A DNA stretch of 64,000 bases from Octopus vulgaris (taxonomy: Eukaryota). Positions 12,501 through 33,054 of the stretch are shown here, one piece after another. The position numbers and the translations under genes are program-made. The stretch is taken from NCBI GenBank assembly GCA_951406725.2, contig OX597830.1, positions 66,154,001-66,218,000 of the forward strand. The letters are read 5' to 3'. The notes below the pieces were generated by a model. The model was not told the origin of the DNA. It ran no database searches and saw only the letters and a program-made list of their open reading frames with translations. How positions within the stretch are numbered: the stretch's first letter is position 1; each line of letters opens with the position of its first letter.

Positions 12501-15500
12501 AATATATTCCGGTTAAATTTACAATTTAAAAATAGGATAAAATCTTTATAAGAATTTATCAAGTAGTTAGCGTGAAAAAAACCTGCAATTCAGTGACTAA
12601 AAACATGTAAAAGGATCAAAAGATGTGACTCATGTAGTTCCGCTTCTTCCTGTGTTTCAAATAACTTACAACTAATCTTAAATGTCTACAGTATTAAATT
12701 AATTTGAATTGCCACATGTGTTCTTAAATTAATTTCAAGATCACATGTTGCAAACAGGAGCATAATCATATTTACATGGTTTCAAGTATCTGAACTGAAA
12801 AATATCCTGTGAATCTAGTTCTCTTAAAATTGTGTTTTTGATCCATGAACAAGAAATATTTCTCAGCTTTTCAATGAAATATTGAATAGCCATATTTTAA
12901 ATTGTCATTTAATCCTACTTTAGGATTATATAGTCAAACAGAACTAAATCTCAAAACAACAGCTTGCTTTTACAACAGGTTTTTATGGTTATGCCCCAAA
13001 TAACATAATTTATTTTTCCTTCTTTCTTTTCAAGTTCCAAGTAATTACTAAGTTTATATCATTGTTTAAATTCCTTTTCATAACAGTCTTTGAATTTATG
13101 CCATTGTTTAACCCTTTCATTACCAACCCGGTTGAAACCAGCTCTGGCTCTGAGTTTAAAGGTTTTGTTTTCATAAGTTTTGAATTAAAATCTTCCACCA
13201 AACCTTAGTCACAATTTATGTTCCTAACACTAGCTTAATGATAACTAAGTTATTTTACTAAATTCTTTGTTATATTTAAAGTAATTGAAAGAAATACCGA
13301 GCATCTTAAAATAAATACAGTAACGAAAGGGTTAAATACCTTTTTATAACAATCTATGCCTCTTGGTTGACTTAACCTTAACCCAAACTTATTAATTCTA
13401 TTTACTGCTATAATATTTAGTTGACTATCTGGCCATAGATTGGCAACAGAAGACCAACTATTAAACACAATTTACTCATTTTCTAAGAAAAAAAAAGAAA
13501 AAAATCTAATTTTCAGTTTATTTGTTTTATATGTTTTTAAAGTTTTTTTTTCTTCATATTAAGTGCTAATTTTTTCATTCCTCTCAATTTGGTCAGGCTG
13601 GATTGCAGGCAAACAGCAAGAAACAAACAAGCAATGGTGATTTCCTAAATGACCCTTCACACAGAAGCAATTCTCCTCCAAAACCTCTGTGTAAGTTGTG
13701 TTACGTTTTACAGCCTTTCTTTGATAAATAGATAATATTTCCATTTTAGTATGGATCTCTGTTAATACTCTAACTTTGGCTGTGTGGTTAAGAAACTTGC
13801 TTTGCAACCACATGGCTTTGGGTTCAGTCCCACTGCAGAGCACCTTGGGCAACTGTCTTCTACTAATGCTCCAGGCCTTGTGAGTGAATTTGGTTGAGGA
13901 AAATTGGGAAGCCAATTGTGTGTGTGTGTGTTTATCTCTCCCCCACCCACTGCTTAACAACCGATGTTGATTCATTTACATCACTGTAAATTAATGGTTT
14001 GGCAAAAGGCACCAATAACATAGGTACCAGGGTGAAAACCTAAGTACCAGGGTTGATTTACTCAACTAGTCCTTCAAGGTGATTTCCCCCAGCTTTGCTG
14101 CAGTCCAGAGGCTAGACAGTAACCCTTTTACTCTTTGACAAGGTTAAAGTACACCTGAGGACTGTATGCAAGAAGCTCATCATAATTATCATCATCATCA
14201 TCAATATTATAATGCTGGTGCCACGTAAAAAAACACCTGTGCCTGTGTTATTTAGAAAGTACTGGTGCCAGTGTCATGTATAAAGCACCCATGCTGGTGT
14301 CGCATAAAAATGTACCCAGTACTCCGTAAAGAGATTGGCATCAGGAAGGGCATCCAGCTGTAGAAACTTTGCCAAAACAGATAATTGGAGCCTGGTGCAG
14401 CTCTCCAGCTGGCAAGTTCATATCAAACTATCCAACCCATGCCAGCATGGAAAAATGGATGTTAAATTATGATGGTGATGATGATGATGATCGCTTCTCT
14501 GTATTTATACGTAGCCTGACAGGATGGAGTTATACTTCTCTCTGTTCAAATCAGTTCAACCTTTAAATTAAGCTTTTCTGTTTTCCTAGTACAACCTCCT
14601 CCTCCCGGAAAGGCTCGATCCGCATCAACTCCAAATCCCAGACAAGTCACATCAACACCACCAGGTATTGTATTTTTTTTTTTTATTAATGGTGATTATG
14701 ATATACGAGCAAAACGCTGTAAACAGTTGGAATGTAACTGGGACTGGAACATTAGAATGATCACTCTACAGAATTAATTCTCATCCAGTTCTATATTTAA
14801 GAGAAGAGGAATTATGTACATTATTTACATTCGGTGGATATTTGTCTTCAATTTGTTTGTTGTTAACACAACATTTCGGCTGATATACCCTCCAGCCTTC
14901 TTCATGTGTCTTGGGGAAATTTCGAACCTGGGTTCTCATTCCTAAGATATATTTTTCGATGTTATAATAATAATAACATTGAAAATATATACCTTAGGAA
15001 TGAGAACCCAGGTTCGAAATTTCCCCAAGACACCTGAAGAAGGTTGGAGGGTATATCAGCTGAAACATGTTAACAACCAACAAGATGAGGACAAATATCC
15101 GTTGAATGTAAATAATTCTCATCCGTCCTTAACCTTTGATTAAACACCACCAGAGCATATAGTCATACTATTTAGCTTTCTTTAGTTTTGGGCTACAGTC
15201 CCAATTAGCCCTCTCTGTAGGAGCTAGCTTAGAAGTTCACATGGAGTACCACTTTAAAGCTAGTTATTAATATTATTACTAAGGTGGCAAGCTAGCAGAA
15301 TTGTTAGCACGCTGGGTGAAATGCTTAGCAATATTTCATCTATCCTTACATTCTGAATTCAAATTCTGCCAAGGTCGACTTCGTCTTTCATCCTTTCAAT
15401 GAAATAAGTAGTTACACACTGGGGTTGATGTAATCGACTAACCCCTGCCCCAAAATTTCAGACCTTGTGCTTATAGTAGAAAGGATTATTATTAAGGTGG

Positions 15501-18500
15501 TGAGTTGGCAGTATTTCATCCATCCATACATTCTGAGTTCAAATTCCACCGAGGTCAACTTTGGTTTTCATTCTTTTGGAGTTACTAAAATAAGTGACTG
15601 GGGTTGATGTAATCAGCTCTCTCTCTCTACTCCAAAATTGATGACCTTGGGCTAAAATATGAAACCATTATTATTATTATTAAGATGACAAGCTAGCAGA
15701 ATCATTGGCATGTTGAACAATGTGCTGAACAACATTCTGTCCATCGCTACGTTCTGAGTTCAAATGCCAGGAACGTCAGCTTTGCCTTTCATGTTTCTGG
15801 AGTTAATAAAATAATTAGCAGTCAAGTACTGAGGTTGATGTAATCAACTAGTCCTCTCTCTCAAATTTTCAGCCCTTATGCCTATACTACAATGGATTAT
15901 TATTAAGTGTGGGTTGATGCCAGTGCTGCCTGACTGGTGGTACGTAAAAAGCACCATCTGAATGTGGTCGAAGCCAGTGCCCTCCCACTAACTCCTGTTC
16001 CAGTGGCACATAAAAAGCACCATCTAAATCATGATCGATTCTAGTGCTGCCTGACTGGCTCCCATACTGGTGACATGTAAAAAGCACCCACTACACTCTC
16101 GAAGTGGTTGGCATTAGGAAGGGCATCCATGTGTAGAAACCTTGCCAGATCAGATTGGAGCCTAGTGCAGCCTACTGGCTTGCCAGTCCTCAGTCAAACC
16201 GTCCAACCCATGCCAGCATGGAAAGCGGACGTTAAACGACAATGATGGTGATGTAGTGAGCTGGCAGAATTGTTACAATGCCAGACAAAAAGCTTTAGCA
16301 ATTTTTCTGACTTTATGTTGTGAGTTCAAATGTCACCAAGGTTAACTCTGCCTTTCATCCTTTTGGGGTCAATAAAAAAAAGTACCAGTTGAGCACTGGT
16401 GTTGATGTAACTGACTAGTCCCCTTTCCCAAAATTTCAGGCCTTGTAGCTATAACAGAGGTTCATTATTATTATTATGAAAATTACTGGATGTATACATG
16501 TGTGTTTGTGTCTGTTTGTCCCTCAACATCATGTTGGTATGTTTGCATCCCTGAAACTTGAGGGTTCAGCAAAAAGGGCCTATAGAATAAGAACTGTGTT
16601 TAGAAAATATGTACTGGGGTCATTTCATTCAGCTAAAAATTTGAGATGGTGCCCCAGCATGGCCACAGTCTAATGACTGAAACAAACAAAAGAGGAAACA
16701 ATAAACCTGATTTATTTGTTTGTTTATTTATTTATTTGTTTATTTATTTCCTCTCCTAGTTGTTGTGAACCCTTTAATTGCGGACAGTGGTGCCAGTTCT
16801 AACTCGGATCCATTTGGCATGGGAGACTTTAACCCTTTTTCCACCCTGAATACAAAATCCAACCAAGACATTGATATGGCCATCAATAATGCTGACAAAG
16901 AATTGCTTGACCTCCAGGTAAGTTTTATATATTTTTTTCTATATCACACACACACACACATATATATATATAGTGGATCTACTTCTAGCATTAGGGTTGT
17001 CCACATAGTGGTCATCCCTCTCATATGTATGTAATACAATTTACTGAACCTTCAGTTTTTTAATATGCTAGACCACTGGTGTTAAATTGATGTTATCAAA
17101 TTAATATCCAATTTTTCGCCCTAGAAGTTGTCATTCATGTAGGCTGGTTCTCAAACTGGTAAATGCCACTCCCTTTCCCTACCCGTCTGTTCACCGACCA
17201 AACATGCAAAAAAAAAAAAAGAATCCAAATTTTTGTTTATTTTCTGTCTGTCTTTATTAGTGAGAAGAATCTCTTCACCAGGATTTTGGATAAATCCGAA
17301 ACCCCACCACCTTATGAGAATTGCTGATCTAGATCATGATACTAAATTTTTTCTTTTCTTCAAAACCCTCTTTTCTAAATTATAGCCATGTGTTTTGCTT
17401 CCTTATTAACCACACTGTTTTTAAAATTATGCTTAAAAAATTGAGACAAATTACTGTCTGAGGAGTTAGGTGGCCAAATGTTTGGGGTGATGTGGTTGCA
17501 GAAATTGTAGGCCTCCATGTTGAGTCTGAGGCCCTGTGGGAAGATGAATGGAGGCATAACATCGCCATCACTAGTGATTGCTCCAAACACCATGATGTTG
17601 ACTGAATGTTTGATTTTTATCATTCTCGGTACATATTTTGGGGACTCAGATTGACACCCAACACTCTGCAATGTTCATATTAGAGTTTCCGGCGCAAATG
17701 CCAAGCAGTACAGCTTGTTGTTTCCAAATTTCTGGCTGAGTGAATTGCGTCATGGTACTGTTTTTCTCCCAGACGGTGCTCAACTGACCCTACCATACTG
17801 TGTAGTCGACAAAATCAAAAACGCTGCTGGTGTATGTTGAATCGAATTGAACCAGCCAGGATCCCTGGTCTGGTAGTACGTAAAAAGCACTATCCGACTC
17901 GTGGCCGATGCCAGCACCGCCTCGACTGGCTTCCGTGCCGGTGGCACATAAAATACACCAATCCGACCGTGGCCGTTGCCAGCCTCGCCTGGCACCTGTG
18001 CAGGTGGCACGTAAAAAGCACCCACTACACTCACGGAGTGGTTGGCGTTAGGAAGGGCATCCAGCTGTAGAAACATTGCCAGATCAGACTGGAGCCTGGT
18101 GCAGCCTTCTGGCTTCCCAGATCCCCGGTCGAACCATCCAACCCATGCTAGCATGGAAAGCAGACATTAAACGATGATGATGAAACAATGCACATGCACG
18201 AAATTAAAAATATAGAATGGCAACAATTTACCCATCGCATCCTCTGTGTGTGTGTGTGTGTAGATATATAGAGAGAGATTGAGATTCGGTTACTATTTCT
18301 AGTAAGCCGGCTAACTATATAGAGGCCTTCACATTGACGCTTGGATAGGCTTACCTTAAACACCACGACTACCAAAAGAAAAAATTTTTCAGGGGAGATA
18401 ACTCATGCAACACATCAAGAAGTTTGGAGTGAAAACTTACAAATCCCTTTCAAAGCTTTTTTCTCATTTAATTACAGAAAACTTATTTATTTGCTAGAAA

Positions 18501-18952
18501 GCCGACATTTCTAATTTAAACAAAATTATTCTCTCACATATTGATCTAGTCTCTGTATTGCCTTATTAACCAAATTATCAACCATCGTACAAACAATAAC
18601 TCTGAGCACCTTTTCAAACTCCACCCATCTAACACCCGTGAACATATTTACAAAGTAAGAAAACAGCACAGCTCCCATGACTTCAGGAAACATTTTTTCA
18701 CGCTGAGAGTTGCTGAAGCATGGAACAAACTGCCGGCATCGGTTGTTAGTTGTCGGAGCACTGCATCCTTCAAAACTTCCATGCTTCCTGAGATTCGCCT
18801 ACACTATACCTGATTTTCTCCCCTCCATACACACACAAGCATGTATCTGACTCATACACTGTTCACTTTCCAGACATTTGTACATTACTGCATGTACTTT
18901 ATATGCACTTTCTGACAAGTTGTGGTGCACCTGAGCACTGTATACAATAATT

Positions 18953-18985
<33 letters not shown>

Positions 18986-19119
18986 TGATCTAGTCTCTGT
19001 ATTGCCTTATCCAATGTTTTCCTCTTCATCTGTTTCAGACTGGATTCAGTCGAGGCTTGTGTTTCGGCGCCGAAGACTTCTCGCTTGACGATCTGGACCC
19101 TCTCAATCAAAAGTCTTAA
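462..19119 (+). CDS. GULP1: PTB-domain engulfment adaptor GULP1/CED-6, 5'-partial: join(462..599,4279..4395,9325..9429,10753..10953,13597..13690,14590..14664,16760..16917,19039..19119)
   Basis: Spliced translation [22 protein letters not shown]...[11 protein letters not shown]|[19 protein letters not shown]...LQKK|[19 protein letters not shown] matches the C-terminal PTB and coiled-coil region of GULP1/CED-6. It ends [21 protein letters not shown], like invertebrate Ced-6 tails. All introns are GT-AG with consistent phases (0,0,0,0,1,1,0). Confidence 0.93.
915..1218 (+). mobile_element. SINE-like family B (gtgccggtggcacgtaaaaagcacc...ggttggcgttaggaagggcatccagc...(GAT)n tail)
   Basis: More than 10 copies (e.g. 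4537-4835 -, 15915-16252, 17850-18182, 41480-41770, 50280-50548 +). The AGGAAGGGCATCC motif and trinucleotide tail recall RTE-related SINEs. Confidence 0.8.
1755..2382 (-). mobile_element. RTE-type LINE 3' fragment interrupted by a SINE
   Basis: [47 protein letters not shown] reads across the insertion at 1951-2325. Confidence 0.75.
1951..2325 (-). mobile_element. tRNA-derived SINE family E (full copy; partial copy at about 28294-28487 +)
   Basis: Head gtggaggcgtaatggcccagtggttagggcagcggactcg...gattcccagacc (A/B-box-like); 12-bp TSD gtctttgtttat at 1939-1950 and 2326-2337. Confidence 0.85.
4279..4395 (+). CDS. GULP1: GULP1 exon (PTB C-terminal helix)
   Basis: ttcag|GCT...AAG|gtatgg; [39 protein letters not shown]. 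Confidence 0.95.
5312..5538. mobile_element. piggyBac-like MITE family P1
   Basis: TTAA|CCCTT...AAGGG|TTAA; related copies near 43240-43460 and 54401-54968. Confidence 0.8.
5545..5935 (+). mobile_element. tRNA-derived SINE family A (ggctgtgtggtaag...gactgaaacaagtaaaaga), representative full copy
   Basis: A/B-box-like head (tgtgtggtaag, gggttcagtccc), internal (TA)n(TG)n, conserved tail; roughly 20 full or partial copies in the window. Confidence 0.88.
7549..7770. mobile_element. piggyBac-like MITE family P2
   Basis: TTAA|CCCTTTTG...CAAAAGGG|TTAA; inverse orientation to 13112-13331; inserted in an old family A SINE. Confidence 0.82.
8925..9289 (-). mobile_element. Non-autonomous Helitron-like element (365 bp)
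   Basis: On the - strand: A|TCTCTATATATATAAA 5' end, GC hairpin cctggc-gtt-gccggg, then CTAG|T 3' end; no TSD; second copy at 24140-24401. Confidence 0.75.
9325..9429 (+). CDS. GULP1: GULP1 exon (coiled coil)
   Basis: cattag|GTG...AAT|gtaaga; [35 protein letters not shown]. Confidence 0.9.
10753..10953 (+). CDS. GULP1: GULP1 exon (Ser/Pro/Thr-rich)
   Basis: cgcag|ATT...GAG|gtaatt; open phase 0-0, [16 protein letters not shown]...[27 protein letters not shown]. Confidence 0.8.
11300..11698 (-). mobile_element. SINE family A, full copy
   Basis: Reverse complement of 5545-5935. Confidence 0.88.
13112..13331. mobile_element. piggyBac-like MITE family P2
   Basis: TTAA|CCCTTTC...GAAAGGG|TTAA. 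Confidence 0.85.
13597..13690 (+). CDS. GULP1: GULP1 exon (low complexity)
   Basis: ggtcag|GCT...CTG T|gtaagt; [31 protein letters not shown]; supplies the phase 0 to phase 1 change needed by the next exon. Confidence 0.72.
14590..14664 (+). CDS. GULP1: GULP1 exon (Pro-rich)
   Basis: ttcctag|TA CAA CCT...CCA G|gtattg; (L)[24 protein letters not shown], phase 1-1. Confidence 0.8.
14787..15112. repeat. Fold-back (Penelope-like) element with ~140-bp inverted arms and hammerhead-like cores
   Basis: About 14820-14965 is the reverse complement of about 14973-15116; flanking direct repeat taattctcatcc at 14775-14786 and 15113-15124. Confidence 0.8.
16760..16917 (+). CDS. GULP1: GULP1 exon (DPF/NPF motifs)
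   Basis: ctcctag|TT GTT...CAG|gtaagt; [53 protein letters not shown]. Confidence 0.88.
17445..18246 (-). mobile_element. Internally deleted Tc1/mariner-superfamily (maT/DD37D-like) element with nested SINE
   Basis: [35 protein letters not shown] fused to [17 protein letters not shown]; N-terminus [19 protein letters not shown]; TIR-like end near 18246. Confidence 0.7.
18567..18981 (+). mobile_element. 5'-truncated CR1-type LINE 3' end with (ATT)n tail
   Basis: [52 protein letters not shown] is a CR1-type ORF2 C-terminus; flanked by a 29-bp direct repeat. Confidence 0.85.
19039..19119 (+). CDS. GULP1: GULP1 terminal coding exon
   Basis: tttcag|ACT...TAA; [26 protein letters not shown]. Confidence 0.9.
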   Translation, partial: TGFSRGLCFGAEDFSLDDLDPLNQKS

Positions 19120-20808
19120 TGAAGTACTCTAAAATACATATTCAATGACCAAACAAAAAAAAAAAAAAATTGACAAAATAAAAAAAAAGAAACAAGAAAC
19201 AAAACTAAGAAACGAAATAAAACCACACACAAACCCTGTAACATTTTTTTATAAAAAAAAAAAAAAAAGAAAAAAGCCATGTCTTCTTTTCCGTTTATAC
19301 TTTATTTCCTCTGAACTTCTTCAAGTTTCTAGACATGACAAGATATATTTCCTCTCATGATGCATTCAACTGACGCATATATATATATATGTATATGTAT
19401 GACTTACATGTATATTAATTATGCAACCCAGAGAAATCTGTTTAGTCTGTACTGCTTATTAATCAAAATGATATCGTTTTGTTAAGCATGTTTCATTACA
19501 TGATGATAAATCTTTTTCCAAGCATAACACCTTTCAATTCTAGCTATTTTATGCTGTTAATTCAATTAAATTTAGATACTATATTTTATTTGGAAGAAAA
19601 ACCAAAACATTACAAATGGCCAAAATTGCACTAAAGGAATTTACGTTCTAGTCCGAAATTCTAGCTATGATAAGGTATTTAATCTTTAATCTGCATAAAT
19701 CTTTAGGGTTTAAAAGCCACCAATTGCGTGCCTTTGTTGTAAAATATATTGCTTTAACAATCGCAGGTAGAAGTGAAAAACATTCCATAGATAATAGATA
19801 CCTGTAAGACGCTTAGAGCTGTTTGTCTCAACACTTCAGGCTATCTACACGTTAGAAAGGTGTCGTGTCCAATATTGGTTCTTACCACAAACTGGTGGTT
19901 GGTTTCTTAAGATATGTTAAAGTGCTGCAGCTTTGAGATTCTTGTGCCAAAGCAAACATACTGATGCCGTATACCAAAGACAGGGTAATATACACAAATA
20001 TATATATAGACATATAGATTTTATTCTCTTTTAATCCACCATATATTCTCGTTCAGTGGCTTGATGTAGAAATTTCCAAGTTTGTGTCTTCTGTTACCAA
20101 GAAATTTCCAATACTGTTATCCTATTATTATCTTGTGATGTATTTTTTTCTGGGAGCTATTTTTGGCACTGGGTCTTTTTCATCAGTTTTGGAAATATTT
20201 GGGCAACAGGACATGAATGTGAGTATAAGATAAATGTGGTTGGTAGTAAAGACTTCTTGAATGAAGATTTTGTCTTAGAAGTTGCCATAGAAATATTTTA
20301 TTTCTAAATATATGTCTGTCTGTCTTAAGCATTGAAGAATAAATTCTTTTGTTACCATAGTTCTGTTGAAATATATTGCCTATGTTTCGATTAGTTTTTA
20401 AAATAATGAAAAATTTAGTAAAATAACGCTGTCATTATTAAGCTGATGTTAAGAACATAAATTAAGATTAAACTTTAAATTTTAGGGGAAGGTTTTAATT
20501 TAGATCACTTTAAAATAGGGAGTTTGTATCATAGAACAAGGAGCAATTTCAAAATGGTTAAGAGAATTATGACAGTAGAACAGCATTGTTAGTGTAGTTC
20601 TGCTCTCAGACATGACTATATCAAAGTTGCATAGGTTTCTAGAGAAAACGGTACTTAAAAAAAGTGTTGACTGGTAAGTTTGCTTAGTTTTGATGTCGAC
20701 CACTGAGCTTACATTATATAAGAGATATCAATGTTATATGACAGAGAATTTGAAAAATAGTATTTAGATCATTGAGAATTTAGTGTAAGATTGTTAAGAG
20801 TTCGTTAA

Positions 20809-21051
20809 CCCTTTCGTTACTAAACCGGCTCTGGCTCTGAGAACAAATGTCTTGTTTTCATAAGTTTTGAATTAAAATCTTCCACGAAACTATAGTCACA
20901 ATTAATGTTCCTAATACTAGCTGAATTATAACTATTACTAAATTTTACTAAATTCTTTGTTTAAATTGAAGAAACATAACAATTACTTGTTATGTTTAAA
21001 GTAATTGAAAGAAACACAGAGCGTCTCAAAATAAATACAGTAATGAAAGGG
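20809..21051. mobile_element. piggyBac-like MITE family P2
   Basis: TTAA|CCCTTTCGTTAC...GTAATGAAAGGG|TTAA. Confidence 0.85.
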
Positions 21052-22967
21052 TTAATCATCGTTATGCCTTCATTTGGTGTCAAACTACAAACGGCTCTAT
21101 TTACTGATAATTGTCAAGACTACTGAATAAATTTGGTAAAGCTTGTAGTTACAATACAAATAGTCTGACTATGGATAAAACTGTATTGTGTTCAACTAAT
21201 CACTACTAATTAGGCAATTAAAATTTTATTGTGACAGATTGTGGCAAAGGCCTTGATACATTATGATTGTAGTATTATAGAAAATTAATTAGGAAGGTTT
21301 ATTTTAAGCAAGAAACTTAACATCAAAATATGTTAGCATGCTTTATATTGCAAAGACACTTAAGGGTGTGGAACAAATGTTTTAAATCACAAAGCATTCA
21401 TGTTCATCTCTCTTCTTTTAACATGGAAAAGTATAATTTTTTAGGAGATTGGCTAAAGGAGAATGTATAGTATTATAGTAACAAACAGTTAGGTTTCGTT
21501 CTTTAACAATTTTATCAACACTATCTATGTAAAACTTTCAGACTCCAGTATGAAACAATGAAAAATTTTATTTTGACTGTTCCAAAAGATTCCTCTAATA
21601 TTTTGTGAATTTACCATATTCAAAAAAAAAAAAAATTTTAATTTTCTATAAGGATTTTCATAAAGAAAATACACATAGAATATTTCTCTCAAATCTCTTT
21701 GATTACATGGTGTTCTTGAGCGTCATTATCAAGTTAAGTTATCGGAATCATAACTTTTATTAAACGTGATTAACTATTGAAAAAGTTTTGTCATAAGTTC
21801 AAGAGATTTGCAGGAAAATCATTCAGGTGAGAACACCTATCCTAAACAGCTAAAAGTTTTTTTTTTCCTTCTAAGTCATTTTTTTTTTATTCATATTTTT
21901 CTTTTAAATACTGTTTCTTACCCACCCCTCCTTTTTTTTTTATGCTCATACAGTTTAAATTTCTACCAAAAAATTTATTCTATCTTGAGTTTAACTTGTA
22001 ATATAAGCTTGTTTTTAAAAAAACAAAAAAATGATAATAAATCTTTGAAATTCATTATGTATTCAGTGTCAGTCATAGTGAAAGTGCTGTGATGCAGAAC
22101 AAAATATAAATATGATGGAATTTTTTTTGTGTTTCTCAGATGAATTATTATTATTATTTAAGGCAACGAACTGGCAGAATCATGAGCATGCTGGACAAAA
22201 TGCTTAGCAGTATTTTGTCTGTCTTCACATTCTGAGTTCAAATGTGCTGTTGGTGACATCTAAATTAAGAGAAGCCTCATCTGAAAAACAGGTAAGGGTT
22301 AATGATGGGGGAGAGCATCCAGCTGTAAAGCCATACCTGAATAACATATTAGGTGGAAGACAGGTGAAGGTTAATGGCAGGAAGAGTATCCTTTGGCATT
22401 ATGTCGTGCTTGAGAAAAAGACCCATCAAGCCAAGCAAAGTTGCAGTCATGGCAGATACTGGTGGAACGCAAAAGCACCCATTACACTCAGAGTGGTTGG
22501 CATTAGGAAGGGCATCCAACCATAGAATTTAGCATCCATTGTTCATGCTGGCATGGGTTGGACGGTTTGACTAGGCTGGCATGCTGGAGGGCTGCACTAG
22601 GATCCAGTCTGATTTGGGATAGTTTTCTACGGTTGGATGCCCTTCCTATGCCAAATCAGACTGGATCCAGGTGCAGCCCAATCAAACCGTCCAACCCATG
22701 CCAGCATGGGCAATGGATGCCAAATGATGACGATGATGATCCCACCATAGAAATCGTGCCAAAATTGTAACATGAGCAAGATGCAGGTCCTGTCCTGTCT
22801 AGGTCGACAGCAACTCCAAATACGCTGTGACTTGGACCAGCATGGAAGAAGAGACATAAAAATGTCATTTTGATAATAATGAATTATTTTTTTCCCAATT
22901 AAGTGTTCATTTTATGGCATTGATTATCAAAATGTAATTAATGCAACATTCAATAGAATATATATAA

Positions 22968-22973
22968 TTTATT
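22968..22973 (-). terminator. Candidate AK6 polyadenylation signal AATAAA
   Basis: tttatt on + strand, about 50 nt downstream of the AK6 stop codon. Confidence 0.45.
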
Positions 22974-23023
22974 AATACAAATCAGACAAGACTAAAACAC
23001 AAATACTGAGATAAAAAAATATT

Positions 23024-32398
<9,375 letters not shown>

Positions 32399-32419
32399 CT
32401 TCTGTGTTAAACAGTAATA

Positions 32420-32640
32420 CATTCAACGCATGAATATTCAAACCACTTAACATATCCGTACTTCAACCGAACAACATTAGTTCGCACTCTCATTGGTTTA
32501 CTTTACGAAATGCTTTATTGGAATATAAATCGACCACAATCTTTTATTTTGATGACATCTGGAAGGATAAAAACACTTTTTTTTGTTTTTTTACTTCGCT
32601 ACGGCAGGATTTGACTTCAGAATATAATGGGCGTAACTAA
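32420..32640 (-). promoter_or_regulatory. Probable AK6 promoter region with two CCAAT boxes
   Basis: Repeat-free stretch just upstream of the ATG; ATTGG at 32492-32496 and 32517-32521 (CCAAT on the gene strand). Confidence 0.35.
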
Positions 32641-32803
32641 ATACCACAAGGAACTTTGTCTTCTTTTAGGACACTGAACTCTCTTGATTTTTTTTTTTGC
32701 AATGAAACAGTTAATACTAACTGAAGAAATGCGAGACGCCTGGGAGTCGATAGTTCAAAAAAGTGACTTTTTCAACACTACTCTCATCTCCCTGAATCTA
32801 GAC

Positions 32804-33054
32804 CACTGGCTCTCAACTAGGGTCTTTGTGACCCTTGGGTGTCCATATACGAATTTGTTCCTAAAGTTTATGTGCAATAAATTCTACAATAAACAAAATA
32901 TTTAAACACTTTCTTTTGTGTACAATTCCTAATAATATTTTATTATAAAAATGTAATATAATATTTTTAAACCATCGAATGGCTATGAGGGTCCACCCGA
33001 GTAAAATAGGAATCAAAGGGGCCATAGGTTTTAAAAAATGGTTGAGAACCGCTG
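32804..33054. mobile_element. hAT-Charlie-like MITE
   Basis: TIRs cactggctctcaac / gttgagaaccgctg; TSD atctagac / atctaggt (NTCTAGAN-type target). Confidence 0.7.
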
